DNA from: Octopus vulgaris
Taxonomy: Eukaryota
DNA: 64,000 nucleotides
Assembly: GCA_951406725.2 (NCBI GenBank)
Contig: OX597814.1
Span: forward strand, 199,268,001-199,332,000
Reading direction: 5' to 3'
Made by a program: the position numbers and the translations under genes. Below, one piece after another: positions 38,351 through 51,881 of the stretch (the first letter of the stretch is position 1; each line of letters starts with the position of its first letter). The notes under the pieces are model-generated. The model searched no databases and was not told the DNA's origin. It saw nothing but the letters and a program-made list of their open reading frames with translations.

Positions 38351-40899
38351 TCTACTGCTCAGCGTGGAAGTATCATTCCGTCCGACTGTGAATTTCCGTT
38401 CGACCATAAGAACTATTCTGATATGAAAATAAGATTGTAGTACAGCGTATTAAGATTTGTTAAAGCTTTACCCGTGTCGTCGTACAGTCATAAAATGATA
38501 TTATTGTTAATTTTTATTTTCGATGCTGTTCCGAAGTTAATATTATTTACTTGTTGACGTCATGTAAAAGATTTTAGATTAAAAGAAAAATCAAGGTAGA
38601 GTCTATGGCATGTGTATAACTTTCAAAGACGCTTGCTTCAAATATTATCTCAGTGAGCTTTTAAATCATATCAAGAAATAAATATCTAAGAAAAAAAAAT
38701 AAAGTTTCAAAGAATAAACTTCTGTGGGATTTCCACGGGTGCTGCTTGCTGGAATTGCTGTCGAATGTTCGAGATTTTAATATCACGAAATGGCGCCTAC
38801 CGCAGTGAAGTGAAAGTTGTTCAAATAATTTTCTTTCACAAGTACTACATATACTCGAAGCAATGTAGATAAGCGCTTTTCAGTCTTTAGGTTTTAGTTC
38901 TCGATTCTATGTAAATAGTCCGCAATAAGAAAATCATTCTGAAAAATAAAATAAATTGAAAAAATAATATAAAATCAAATCTATTTTTAGTGCACCATTA
39001 TAGTAAATATTAAAATCAATGAAAATATCTCAGTTTAGATTCTTAATAAAATCAATGTCCTAAAAATCTTTAGGAATTTGTGTTAAATCTACATTGTCGA
39101 TAATATTTATTTTCATTTTCCTTCAGTACTCAGTTTAGATCCAGAAGTTATTTCAAAAGATATTCGGGTGAATAAAATGCCAAACTGCGAACTTTTATGA
39201 GGCTTGTTTTGCATGCGTTTTAAGCGAGGCGTTACTCTAGAATTCCTTTCCTCCTCAATTAAGACCAAGTGTAGAGCAACTTACCTGTAGCTTGCGTAAC
39301 TAGCTGGAATATGATGACGAGTGTTGTGATATACGGTGTTGAAACGGAACCCCCTCATACAAAATACTAAATAAATACACCAGATACAATTATTACTTGT
39401 TTCAAATGATTTCATGCACGTCTATACAAATATATTGTATATTCGCATGATATAAAACTATATTTAAATTAAAATGTAAACAATGGTTGGGCGTCCGGTT
39501 TGTGTAGCGAATGTAAGATGCGAAAATGAAGACGAGCTTATAAGTTTGGATAAAAACATTCTCATGTCGATCCTCAAAATATTTGAAAATGCGCCAGTTA
39601 TCGAAACGCTATAAATAACTGGAAGGAAATTTCAGAATTTTATAATTAAGACAAAAATTTAATTAAAGTGTTTCCCTGCACTTAACTATATGTAAATTCT
39701 TTCTTAATCATGAGATTATTTGCAAAACTGCATTTTACCTTGAAACCAGTTTTCCACGGGTAAACTGATCTTCTTCCAAATCTCATAGTTTTTAGGTTTA
39801 TTTTTCTCATTAATTTTATTCACGTTAATTATAATAGTTTCTGTTCGTGTTGTTTCAGAATAGCTGTGCGTTGTTTAGTTTGTTGTTTTGAGTTTTCTAA
39901 ACCTCGTGGAAAATATTGAAATTAATTATGATTATTTCTTACATAGGCAGCAATACAAATATTATTTTAAGGAAAGACAGATACGAGGAGAATTTGTGGA
40001 GAAATGTTTTTTCTGTAATACGTTAGTTGCGATAATGAAGCGAGATGGGAATGGCAATCTTTGTTCGTTTAATATGGTCTGCAAAAATAACACAAACAAC
40101 AGCAGCAGCAACAACAACACTAACAACATGTTCGTACCTTGCCAGTTGATAAGAAATGAAGCAGGAAAATGTTTTTGTTTGAAAAGAAACATAATATTTA
40201 TGTGATACTATTCATGCCTGACGACCTGTTAAGAGATTTTTCTGCTATTATTTAACATCAGCATGGAGTAAATTGATCATTGTTTGTAGACGTGACCATG
40301 AGTAAATACTGGTCTACTTTACATTGACGTTATTCAGCGATTGATTATCATGACCAATGAAACAGAATACCTTCACATCGTATGAAAGTGAGATTTGACA
40401 TGATATACGTTCACCGATAACATACTTCATCAATGACACTTAAGAAGAGTAGACTCTAAGAATCAAATGTCGCTAAAGTAAATCTATGGTAACATCATCA
40501 GTGAATGTGGAAGTATGTATTTCCTACGTCAGTGCGTAAGAAATGTTCATAGATTTCTAATATAAATTTTAGGATAAATGAAATGGCTTCAACCGGAAAT
40601 TAAAACGATGCCTTAGAATCTGTTTCTCTATTGCTCACCTCTCTGTTATTCGTCGTTCAACTGAGGCATGAATATGCATCTACAATTAAAGCATGTTTCA
40701 AGAGATAGGATGAAAGTATAACTATCGTCTTCAGATTCATTGCTCGTTGAATGAAGAATATTTGTTTATATTTTTCAAAACTATGTATGGCTTCATTCAG
40801 AGATAATACTTATGGAAGGGTCAAATGTATCACCGAGCGCTTAGTCTTCATTTCATTTCACGTAAATCAATATGTGTTTGTACAATCCCCTCGCTGAGG

Positions 40900-41196
40900 G
40901 AGAGTGGTTTTGTCATTAGATTATTCGGCCCACGATCCTATGGCCGTGGTTTCGATTCCTGGTGGTGCATTGTGTCTTAGACCAAGACAATTTATTTCAG
41001 GTTCCTCCAATGTACTTCAGCTGCCTAAAATGAACAGTACCCGTATTTCAAAGGGCCAGCCTTGTCGCATTCTGTATCACGTTGAATTTCCCTGAGAACT
41101 ACGTTAAGAGTATGTGTGTCTGTGGAGTGCTCATAATCAAGCTGGTTCGCTGATTGTATTATCTGGAACCCCCGTCGTCGTAACCGACGGAGCGCC
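40900..41196 (+). mobile_element. Degenerate SINE family C relative
   Basis: B box GTTTCGATTCC and 3' end CGTCGTAACCGACGGAG shared with 14596-14980. Confidence 0.75.
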
Positions 41197-41989
41197 ATTT
41201 TACTTTTACACCTCACTTTGTTTTTAAGCATTATTATGACAAAACGGCAAAATTAAAACAATTTGTTGAGATTTTAGTCACGATAAATTTAATGAAATTT
41301 ATTAGATACCGTTCAGTTCTTCTCGTTTTTCTTTTCTTGTGTATGTAGTTGTATGAATTTGCTAGTATGTATGTTATTATGTATGTATGCATGCCTGTAT
41401 GTACAGACAGACAGTAGCTGAGAGTTGAGTATGCTCAATATAGAAAACATAGAAGGATCCTCAAAAGGATTAAGATGAAACTCGGAATTCTTTGTCCAGG
41501 GCAAGGCTTGCGTCGTCAAGGTTGGTTATAAGGAAATCCAAATCGAGCTGATATGAGAGAGAGAAAAAGAGAGTGAGACAGAGAGAGATAGAGAGAAGAT
41601 AGATAGATATGTGTGTATGTTAGTATGTATGTATGCGTGTATGATGCACCTGTATTTGTTCCCACAAGTGTAGGTTTGTTTACGTCCCCGTGGCTTAGCA
41701 GTTCAGCGAAAAGTATCGAATAGAATAAGTATTAGGCTTAAAATAAGTATTGGGGTCGAATCATTCAACTAAAAGCTCTTTAGGTGGTACTCCAGTATGG
41801 CCGCACTCTTATGACTGAGACAGATGAAAAATAAAAGAAAGAACTGGAAATGCTGTATTCTCTCTGACACGATCAGTTCTACATAGTTTGATTATAATTT
41901 AATCCCATTTAAAAAACCTGAGTAATACATAGACACACACACATATACTTATTATGTATCTCTACATTATTGGCTGAAATTAACATACG

Positions 41990-42203
41990 ATTTTGTTTTT
42001 GGATTTGGTTTACAAGATTCTTTATATGAGTTAGTGTGTTGAAGCATATTCTATTGTGTCTGGGGAGAGTCAAGACTATTGAAAAGGTTGCAAGACGCAA
42101 CGAAAATGTTGGTAAAATAAGAAAAAGGTGGAAATTTTACCGGTGAGTGTGTTACGTTATAAGGCACAAAAAGAAAATTACTCTCCCCAGACACAACAGA
42201 ATT
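41990..42203. repeat. Short repeat family with inverted TGTGTCTGGGGAGAGT segments (also 49958-50262 and 56660-56798)
   Basis: Three copies share GTTGCAAGAYGCAACGAAAA...CGGTGAGTGT...CTCCCCAGACACAA. Confidence 0.8.
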
Positions 42204-42632
42204 AACTTATGATATTTTCCTATTGGAAAATATGTAAAACAGGGAATTTTTGTAATCCAGTTTACGTTGTAGTTTTAAATGAATCTAAACGATAAATTCT
42301 TGGCCAATACATAAACTAATCATTTAATTATTTTCAAATATTTAGAACATCCATGTAGGCCATAAAATGGTAAAGAGATTTATAAAATCTACATATTATT
42401 GAAAGTATGCACATGTATGGTGAATGTATATATGCATGGATACATATGTGATTGCCTGTGTCTGCTTATATGTGTGTCATATACTCATGTAAATACGCAA
42501 GAGAAACTCTATATGTATATGCATATATCTGTGTGTGTGTGTGTGTGTGTGTGTGTTACAAGTAGTTCTTTCTTTTCAGAAAGAGGAGAGAAAATTTGAA
42601 AGTAATTGTATTCGTACTGTTCTGAAAAAAAA

Positions 42633-42795
42633 GGCGTAGGAATGGCTGTGTGGTAAGTAGCTTGCCTACCAGCCACATGGCTTCCGGGTTCAGTCCCGCT
42701 GCATGGAACCTTGGGCAAGTGTCTTCAACTATAGCCCCGGGCCGACCAAAGCCTTGTGAGTGGATTTGGTAGACAGAAACTGAAAGAAGCCCGTC

Positions 42796-42847
<52 letters not shown>

Positions 42848-43068
42848 ATCTGTGTTTGGCCCCCAACATCGCTTGGCAACCGATACTGGTGTGTTTACGT
42901 CCTCGTAACTTAGTTGTTCGGCAAAAGAGACCGATAGAATAAGTACTAGGTTTACAAAGAATAAGTCCTGGGGCTGATTTGCTCGCCTAAAGGCGGTGCT
43001 CCAGCATGGCCATTGTCAAATGACTGAAATAAGTAAAAGAGTAAATAAATAAGTAAAAGGGTAAAAGA
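42633..43068 (+). mobile_element. SINE family B
   Basis: Full copy. Confidence 0.9.
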
Positions 43069-43083
43069 CTAAGTATATATCTG

Positions 43084-43128
<45 letters not shown>

Positions 43129-43631
43129 ATATCTGTCTATAAAGTGATCTGGCTTTAATTGCAGACGAGAATGAAGAGTTACTATCTTAACTATATAGCG
43201 GACTTACAAATAAATGCAAGCTTCCTTTTAACCATTTTAGCAATTTAAATATATTCAAATAGTAAGTGGAATCTTACATTAATGGAAACAGGTTACCTCT
43301 TCCTTTTATTGAATACTAATATCTCACCTTATATAATACTGATTTTAAAGAATCTGCGAGAAAGCAGCCATTAAAACATCCTCGTGTGTCTCCCACTTCA
43401 ACGCTTGTATAAAACTGGAGAAAAAAATCCCATTCAACTGTCATATTTGATAAAGGGACGATGTGTAAGGCAGAAAGTCATAGATCATTTATCTGAATAG
43501 TTAGCTCACGCAAGCTTTTGTAAATATGCCTTTCAGCAAAACTGACGAAAATCGTACTTGAAATTATACTTTGGGATGCGATAGTTTCAAATAGCTAACG
43601 TTTGACTGGCAGATTAAAATGAATTCAGTCT

Positions 43632-43671
43632 ATGCATGTATGTATGTATGAGTTGTCTGTCTGTCTGTATG

Positions 43672-43744
<73 letters not shown>

Positions 43745-43747
43745 TTA

Positions 43748-43792
<45 letters not shown>

Positions 43793-44043
43793 GTGTGTGT
43801 GTATATGTGTGTATGTATGCATATGTGTGTATGTATGTATGCATATGTGTGTATGTATGTATGCATATGTGTGTATGTGTGTGTATGTATGTATATATGT
43901 GTGTATATGTGTGTATATATGTGTGTATATATGTGTGTATATATGTGTATGTATGTATATATGTGTGTATATATGTGTATATATATGTGTTTGTATGTGT
44001 ATGTATGTATATGTGTATATATATATGTATGTATGTATATATA
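43632..44043. repeat. Compound (TCTA)n(TCTG)n(TG/TA)n microsatellite
   Basis: Direct reading. Confidence 0.95.
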
Positions 44044-44104
44044 AAACTCTACATAGTTTTGCTCTCTCTCCGTTTTTTCATTCTCTCTCTCTGTTTATTC
44101 GTTT

Positions 44105-44240
44105 ATTCCTTTCTGTCGAAGAGCGTAAGCTCGAAACATAAGAGACTTCCATTTTTCTCGAGCGTTAAAATAATACACCTGCTTGTTGTTCCTACACCTG
44201 TCTTCGTCTTTTATTTTCTGTCAATTTGAAGTATATATAT
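44105..44240 (+). mobile_element. Short PLE-pLTR-like repeat with hammerhead-like motif (second copy about 47965-48085)
   Basis: CTTT-CTGTCGA-A-GAGC-GTAA-GCTC-GAAA at 44109-44136; shared tail ATACACCTGCTTGTTGTTC. Confidence 0.55.
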
Positions 44241-44659
44241 GACGAGTGTTAATGCTATGGTCGAACTTGACATTTTGGGAATAAAATTACAAAGACAAAT
44301 AAGCCGTCGCAGACATATATATAATGAAAGAAGACACATAGGGCGATTAAGCTTAAAGGCAAAAATACTCATACGAAAATGCATGCTGCTATCTTAGTCT
44401 ATAAGGAACACTATCTATTAGAATGTAAAGAAATATGTCGATTTTAGCCTTGAAGAGATCTCTACCATTTGAATTCATAATGCAATTGTTAATTGTAAAA
44501 TGAATGAAGTTGGATACTGAAATGATTGTAGGCCTCATGTAATCGACAGTTATGTAAATAAATTGACTTTACTGTATTCAAACGCTCCATTTTCTTTATT
44601 ATATATATATAAATATATATATATATAATCAAAATAATCAACAAGGATATCCAAGGTAG

Positions 44660-44728
44660 TGTAGTACAATCGTTTCATGCTACTTCATTTAATTAATGTA
44701 AGTATTACATTAGCACTCTTCAGCCACA
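44660..44728 (-). ncRNA. Minimal type-I hammerhead ribozyme motif with canonical core
   Basis: Minus strand: TGTGG-CTGAAGA-GTGCTA...TAGCAT-GAAA-CGATTG-TA-CTACA; stems I, II and III can all pair. Confidence 0.7.
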
Positions 44729-44877
44729 TATGGAATTTTTTAAAATTAAATTGACAATGTTAATTTTTATACTTATTCCATTTGCCAACATTACAAAGAG
44801 GTTATGTGAATTACATCAATAAAAACATGGTAGTAGTAGATCTTAACTCGTGGGCAGATTTTTTATCAATGAGTTCA

Positions 44878-44924
<47 letters not shown>

Positions 44925-46059
44925 GTATTCAAACTTTATCTGTCGTAAAAGTTTCTTGATTATTTCCGGTTATATGATAATCAAGGTATGGACGGAGCAG
45001 AGATTACGTCTGGACCTTATATTCATCAGCACAACAACTTAAATAGCTGTTTTTATAGTTCGTTTCATGCAATGAACAAAAAATGTTCTTACTTCTCCAT
45101 TTGTTGGAATTCATTAATCTCCTTCATTCTAGTTTATCGAAAAACTAAGCTTTGCAAAAAAAGACTTAGGTTTTTCGTTAACTTTATGACATGCAACATA
45201 AAAGTGTTCGAAATGATGATTGCAGTAACTAGGCAGAAAGCAATACTGTTAAGTCTGTACATGATTAAATTAACACCCCGTAATTGGCAGATATTGTAAT
45301 TAACACTTCAAGAAGGAAAAGAAAACAAACTCGTAAATGATTGTTGTAGAAGAATTTAACTAAATACGGGTATTTCGTCCGGCGCTCTACTGATTCTGCC
45401 GAACCTCCGCCTCCAACAAGAACTAAGAATCACTCACGTTAGTATTTGTGTGATAATATAATATTGTTTGGTATCAACAATATTATTCAATTTTGAGATC
45501 GGTTTCATATTTCGCAAGTCGTTATCGCCCAGATGAATAGATAAAACGTGGTAAACATCGAAAAGAAAGAAATAAAGCCAAATAAAAAAAAATGAATAAA
45601 ATGAAATAAAAAAAAGAAAATATAACGAGATTTTTTTTTTTTTCGTTTTTGGTATGATCGTCATGTTTAACACAGATATTAGATACCAACATTTTTACTA
45701 TTTCGTGCAACTGAAAGTTACATCATGTTTTTCTTTTTTTTCATTTCATTCTTGGCTTTCGAAATATTTGTCTGTATATCGATAGATAATACCAAATACT
45801 CTAATTTCCAACAGGACTTTTCATGTTTGTTCATAATTGTTTGTGAATCATGCAACGAGTTTAAGGGAATATCTGGGATATTTGATCGGAACCGTTATAT
45901 TAGTTTTAGGTATATTTTGAATTTTGTAATAAAAAAAAAATCGATCGCTTTAAATTATTCTTGTATACATCGTATTCTCTGGAGGCGTGCAATTGCACGT
46001 ACGCTGTTTGTCTGGTTTGTTCTGTTTGAGATAGGCTCTTAATAATCAACTTATGTTAT

Positions 46060-46900
46060 TGATTTCTAACTTAGGCGCAATGCTGTACGTTTTTAGAAGA
46101 AGGTAAAGTCAATTGTATCGAAGCAAGTACTTGATTTATACTGCGAAAAAGGTGAAAGATAAAGTAAGTCTTGGCGTGATTTGAACTTAGGATGTAAAGG
46201 GATGAACTGAATCCACATGACATTTTTTTCAAAACTCTACCAATTCTTCCAGTCTACTAGACTTGATCAACTTATAATATTGGTTTCAACTTTTGACACA
46301 AAGCCAGCAATTTCGGGATTTGGGGTTAAGTCGATGATATCGATCCCATTCCTCAACTGGTACTTAATTTATCGACCCCGAAAGGATGAAAGGCAAAGTA
46401 GACCTCGGCGGAATTTGAACTCAGAACGTACAGAGGGATGAAATGCTGCAAAGCATTTTGCCCAATGTGCTAACAATTCTGCCAGCTCGACTCCTTATAA
46501 ATAATAATAATGATAATAGTTTCAAATTTTGCCACAAAGACAGTAATTTTGGGGGAGGGGATGAGTCGAATAGATCACACTACTGTTTAACTGGTACTTA
46601 TTTCATCGATCCCGAAGGGATGAAAAGCAAAGTCAACCTCGGCGGAATTTGAACTCAGAACGTAAAGATGGACGAAATGCCACTAAGCCTTTTGTCCGGC
46701 GTGCTAACGATTCTGCCAGTTTAGCGCCCTGATCGGCTTACAATATTGATTTCTAACATAAGTTTAAAGGCCACACATTTTCTCTTGGTGATTGGGGAAT
46801 GATCGATTATATCGATTTTGAAAAGCAAAGTATCTGGCAGCATTTAAACTGAGGCAAAATGATGTAACCAAATACCAGAAGGTATTTAATCCGTCATTTA
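46060..46900 (-). mobile_element. Head-to-tail cluster of about four older SINE A-related copies
   Basis: Repeated GGATGAAAGGCAAAGTCGACCTCGGCGGAATTTGAACTCAGAACGTA-like blocks at about 46150, 46385, 46620 and 46820. Confidence 0.75.
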
Positions 46901-47911
46901 ATCAATCTTGTCATCTGTGGCGATTGATTAGATTATACTTTTAATTTCTCTCCTCCTACTGCTCGTTATAACGATTTTCTTAATTGAAATTTTCGTCTTC
47001 CCACATAATTTTATAGTTGATGAAATAAAACATAAAAAGTGCACATAAAAATCCCATTTGACATATCAGCAATAGATTATCGCAAGACTACCAATTCAGA
47101 CGTTTGCTTAAGATAAAAAGTTTCTTTGAGCGATATTTGGTGATAAATCATAAATCGTCCAAGACAAAATCCAATTTGTTTCGCAATCGTCCGCATTCAA
47201 GCTTTTATATAAATTAGACTTTAAAGTTTGAGCTAAGTGAACATCAGTCGCTCTAAAGATTGTAAAATTTCTGATTAATTTAGTCTGAAATTAGTTTTCT
47301 TAGAGACAATAGCATTAGCTTTATGGGTAATATATCATGATTTTGGTTTTCTAGTCACGTAGTTTAATGGATGTAAAGTTTGGCTGCAGCGACAATCAAT
47401 AGTTTAGAGGACTCAGTTTAATGCAGTTTAAATGTTAAAATTTTTTCATTGCAAACTATTAACTTTGAGAGGAGACTCTCTTGATAACGCATCAACCACT
47501 AAACACGATGTTAGATAGCTAACTTGTAGAGACACATTTAATTCCAAAGGATGTAATCGGTTTTATAACATATACGTGTCTGTATTTCTTTTAAAATAGC
47601 ATTATAGTAATTTCGGATATTTCATCCGAATTAATCCTGATTAATTGTATATATATACTTGGTAATATACCACTAAACACCACAGATATCGACTATCAAT
47701 TGCTTTAAGTTGTAAATGATACTACTAACGTCAATCTGACAGTTGCTGGCTTGATTTCAAATAGTTGAAATGTGTGATTATCATTGGAATTTAATGATGC
47801 ATTATCATTCTTAAATTTGAATTATAATTAACGGTATAACAGATTTCAAACATAGGAGACTCTCTTCTCTATCTATTTGTCTCTCCCTCTCTCTTTATCT
47901 ATTTATCTCTT

Positions 47912-47969
<58 letters not shown>

Positions 47970-48082
47970 CTTTCGGTCGAAGAGCGCAGATAGATAGAAA
48001 CGTAAAAGACTCTTCCATTCATCCTTAGCGTAAGACAAATACACCTGCTTGTTGTTCTTATACCTGTTTTCGTCATTTGTTT

Positions 48083-48241
48083 TGTGTGGTAAGTAGCTTG
48101 CTTACCAAACACATGGTCCCGGGTTCACTCCCACTGCGTGGCACCTTGGGCAAGCGTCTTATCCTATAGCCTCGGACCGACCAAAGCCTTGTGAGTGGAT
48201 TTGGTAGACGGAAACTGAAAGAAGCCTGTCATACATATATA

Positions 48242-48291
<50 letters not shown>

Positions 48292-48661
48292 GAGGCGCAA
48301 TGGCCCAGTGGTTAGGGCAGCGGACTCCCGGTCAAGGATCGCGGTTTCGATTCCCAGACCGGGCGTTGTGAGTGTTTATTGAGCGAAAACACCTAAAGCT
48401 CCACGAGGCTCCGGCAGGGATGGTGGTGATCCCTGCTGTACTCTTTCACCACAACTTTCTCTCACTCTTACTTCCTGTTTCTGTTGTACCTGTATTTCAA
48501 AGGGCCGGCCTTGCCACTCCCTGTTTCACGCTGAATATCCCCGAGAACTACGTTAAGGGTACACGTGTCTGTGGAGTGCTCAGCCACTTATACGTTAATT
48601 TCACGAGCAGGCTGTTATTTTATCTGGAACCCTCATCGTCGTATCCGACGGAGTGCTTCTG

Positions 48662-48701
<40 letters not shown>

Positions 48702-48905
48702 GATTGTGCGTATGTATTTGTTCCCCCACTATCGCTTGACAACCGATGTAGGTTTTTTTTTCATCCCTGTAAGTTAGCGGTCGGCAAAAAGACACCGATA
48801 GAATAAGTACTCGGCTTACAAAGAATAAGTCTTGGGGTCGATTTGTTCGACTAAATGCGGTGCTCCATCATGGCCGCAGTCTAATGACTGAAACAAATAA
48901 AAAAG
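48083..48905 (+). mobile_element. SINE family B split by a SINE family C insertion (48291-48658)
   Basis: 5' half 48083-48230, (TA)n(TG)n, SINE C, (TA)n, 3' half about 48705-48905. Confidence 0.9.
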
Positions 48906-49212
48906 AATATAAATATATACACGTGTGTGGGTGTGTACGCAGGTATATATATATATATATGTAAATAAGTAACAAAATGTACAGGTGTCAATTCATTACA
49001 ACCATCTCTAACTGATCCTTTAATTGATTAATGAAAACATTACTTCCATTGAAGAAACCGTTCGCGTCAGGCGACCGCATAGACTTCAAACATAAGGATA
49101 TAACCATTTTTTAAAAATATTTAGATTGACCTAGCAAGGTGCTTCAATCTAAGTACCTAATTCAACTGAATCTTAATTGGAGATATATTCATATGCAGAT
49201 AGGTAAATCGTG

Positions 49213-49595
49213 GCACTCCGTCGGTTAAGACGATGAGGTTTCAAGTCGATCCGATTCAACGGAACAGCTTGCTAGTGAAATTAACGTGCAAGTGGCTGAG
49301 CTCTCTGCAGACACGAATGCACTTAACGTAGTTCTCGTGGGGGGGGGGGATTGAGCGTGACACAGTGTGACAAGGCTGGCCCCTTTGAAAATACAGGTAC
49401 AACAGAAATAAGAAGAAAGAGTGAAAGTTGTGGTGAAAATGTACTGCCGGGTTTTCCCCCCATCCCCTTGCCGGAGCCTCGTGGATCTTGAGGTATTTTC
49501 GCTCAATAAACACACACAACGCCCGGTCTGGGAATCGAAACCACGATCCTACGACCGCGAGTCCGCTGCCCTAACCGCTGAGCTATTGCGCCTCC
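49213..49595 (-). mobile_element. SINE family C
   Basis: Reverse complement of 14596-14980; short TSD TAGGTAAAT. Confidence 0.9.
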
Positions 49596-49957
49596 ACCTA
49601 GGTAAATAGGTATACAGGTAAGTATGTATGTATTTAACTATTGCAAACGTATATGCATACGCATATACGTTAAAATCATTCTTCAGCCTAATTTCAGCCT
49701 GAATATCCGGAGGCAGTAACTGGTTTAGCGTATTTCAGAAATGATTGAGAGAAAAGTTTGGAGAAAGGAATAATTGTGACGAGAAACGCCTAACAGCAAT
49801 TTTGCGTTGTATCCTTGCTGTGTCAGTAACGCAGAGCGTAAAGATCATATATCGAAATATTTTAAGATTTTCTGTGAGAATAAACTGCACCCAAAGATTT
49901 ATAGAATTCAGTGACGAGTTATGTTCAGATTTATTTGAAAGACAAACCAAACTTTGA

Positions 49958-50262
49958 TGTCGTGTCTGGGGAAGAGTCATTTTCTTTTTGTGCCTTATAA
50001 TTTAACACACTCACAGTAAAATTGCCACTTCTTTTTTATTTTTATTTTCCTAAAATTTTCGTCAATGCTAGTGAAAAGTTTGCAAGATGCAACGAAAACT
50101 TTAGGAAAATAAAAATAAGAGATAAGTGGAAATTTTACCGGTGAGTGTAGTAAATTATAGGGCACGAAAAGAAAATGACTCTCCCCAGACACAACAGAAT
50201 ATGCTTCAACACACGAACTCACACAAAGAATCTTGCAAACCAAATTCAAAAACGAAACAAAC
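49958..50262. repeat. Fold-back copy of the 41990 family, arms about 105 bp
   Basis: 49958-50062 is an imperfect inverted copy of 50092-50196. Confidence 0.85.
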
Positions 50263-50459
50263 TGTGATGGTTTGTTAGCAACTTAATGTGGCAGCCCCAG
50301 GAAAGGGAAGAATGCTACAGCTATTTAGCCCCAGGAAACACCGTTTCTAGTTGGCTATGTGATACAAGCATTTTGTGTCCTCGGGTTTCAAACAGGGGAG
50401 GTAATAAACCTAATCGTTAGGTTTCAAACAGGGGAGATAATAAACCTAATCGTGTTCAT

Positions 50460-50835
50460 CATTAACCGTCTTTAGACTGCAGCCATGCTGGGATAACGCC
50501 TTGAAGAATTTTAATCGGACGAATAGACCACAGTACTTACTTTTTTAACAGCCTGGTACTTATTCTATCGGTTACTTTTGCTGAACAGTTAAGTTACGGG
50601 GACATAAACACACCAATATCAGTGGTCAAATGGTGTAGGACAAACATACAAACAAGCACACACACAAACAAACAAAATTCGGGTTGCGTTCATTTTCTGT
50701 CTAGTAAATCCATACACAAGGCATTTCTCTGCCCGATTCTATAGTAGAAGACAGTTGCCCAAGGTTCCATGAAGTGAGACTGAACCCGGAACCATGTGAT
50801 TATAAGCAAACTTTTTTCAACACAGCCACGCCTAA
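50460..50835 (-). mobile_element. Older SINE family B copy
   Basis: Diverged match to family B. Confidence 0.8.
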
Positions 50836-51206
50836 CGCTGTAGGTATTCACTTTGTGTGAAGACATTTGTAGCAACTTTTAACAATAGTACCCTAAGTAT
50901 CACTAAATTTTAATGCGAATAATTTCAACCTGAATATCCGGAGGCAGTAACTGGTTTAGTGTATTTGAAACAAGAGCACAGACACTCTTTAAGTATCTTT
51001 CCAAAGTTGGTGCACTTGTTCTTATTTTATTTTCTGTTCATCACCACTCGATGACAAGTAAAGAAAAGGAAAAAATCTGCTTCGTTTTCTATGTCAAATA
51101 TTATGTAAGCATCTGCTCTGTATAAAATACGGAAAATATTGCATATCTTTACCTAAGAGTATAAAATGCATATCCATATCTCGTAAATAATGAGTAAGCG
51201 TAATGC

Positions 51207-51256
<50 letters not shown>

Positions 51257-51881
51257 TAAATATTGCATATGTACGTGTCAAAACGGATGAGTAATTAGTT
51301 GCCAGCGTTGTTTCTCCCGTGTGGAAAGTTATAAATTAGTCTAGTTAGCAGTCTTAGTAGAGTGTTTGATCAATAAATCAAAACTAACAGTTTGCGTTGA
51401 GAGAACTTCTGGTCGATTTCGGTGTTACAGAGCTTGAGATTTATCCTCGGAAAGATAAATAGATTTATCTGGCATTAAGGTTGTTATTTATATTAATACT
51501 TTATAAGTTTTAAAGAGGGAAATATTGTAACATATATTAGGCTTACAGAGTAGTATTAGTAGTTGTAATACATAGCCATTGCCGCTCTCGAAACTTGTGG
51601 TTTTTTGTTTGGAGTACTACATTAAGAAAACCACTGCTTAGAGATTATATAACACTACATACACGCATACATACACATACACACACATGCTCAGAGTTTC
51701 AATAATAAAAAAAGCCATTTTGAATGAGAAAGTCCTCAGATAGAAATACCTTCATTGCTTAGAGATAATAACTGTCTTAATAGCCAAAAGATAATGATAA
51801 TACGATCATACTCTGAAGAGAAAACATGGGTAATAGATATCGATTTAACTCCAGTTAAATGTTTTATATTTTGTCAATTAT

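Noticed and set aside
45212-45252. Hammerhead-like ATGATGA-TTGC...GCA-GAAA
   Set aside because: C3 and the cleavage triplet are lost; too degenerate to count.
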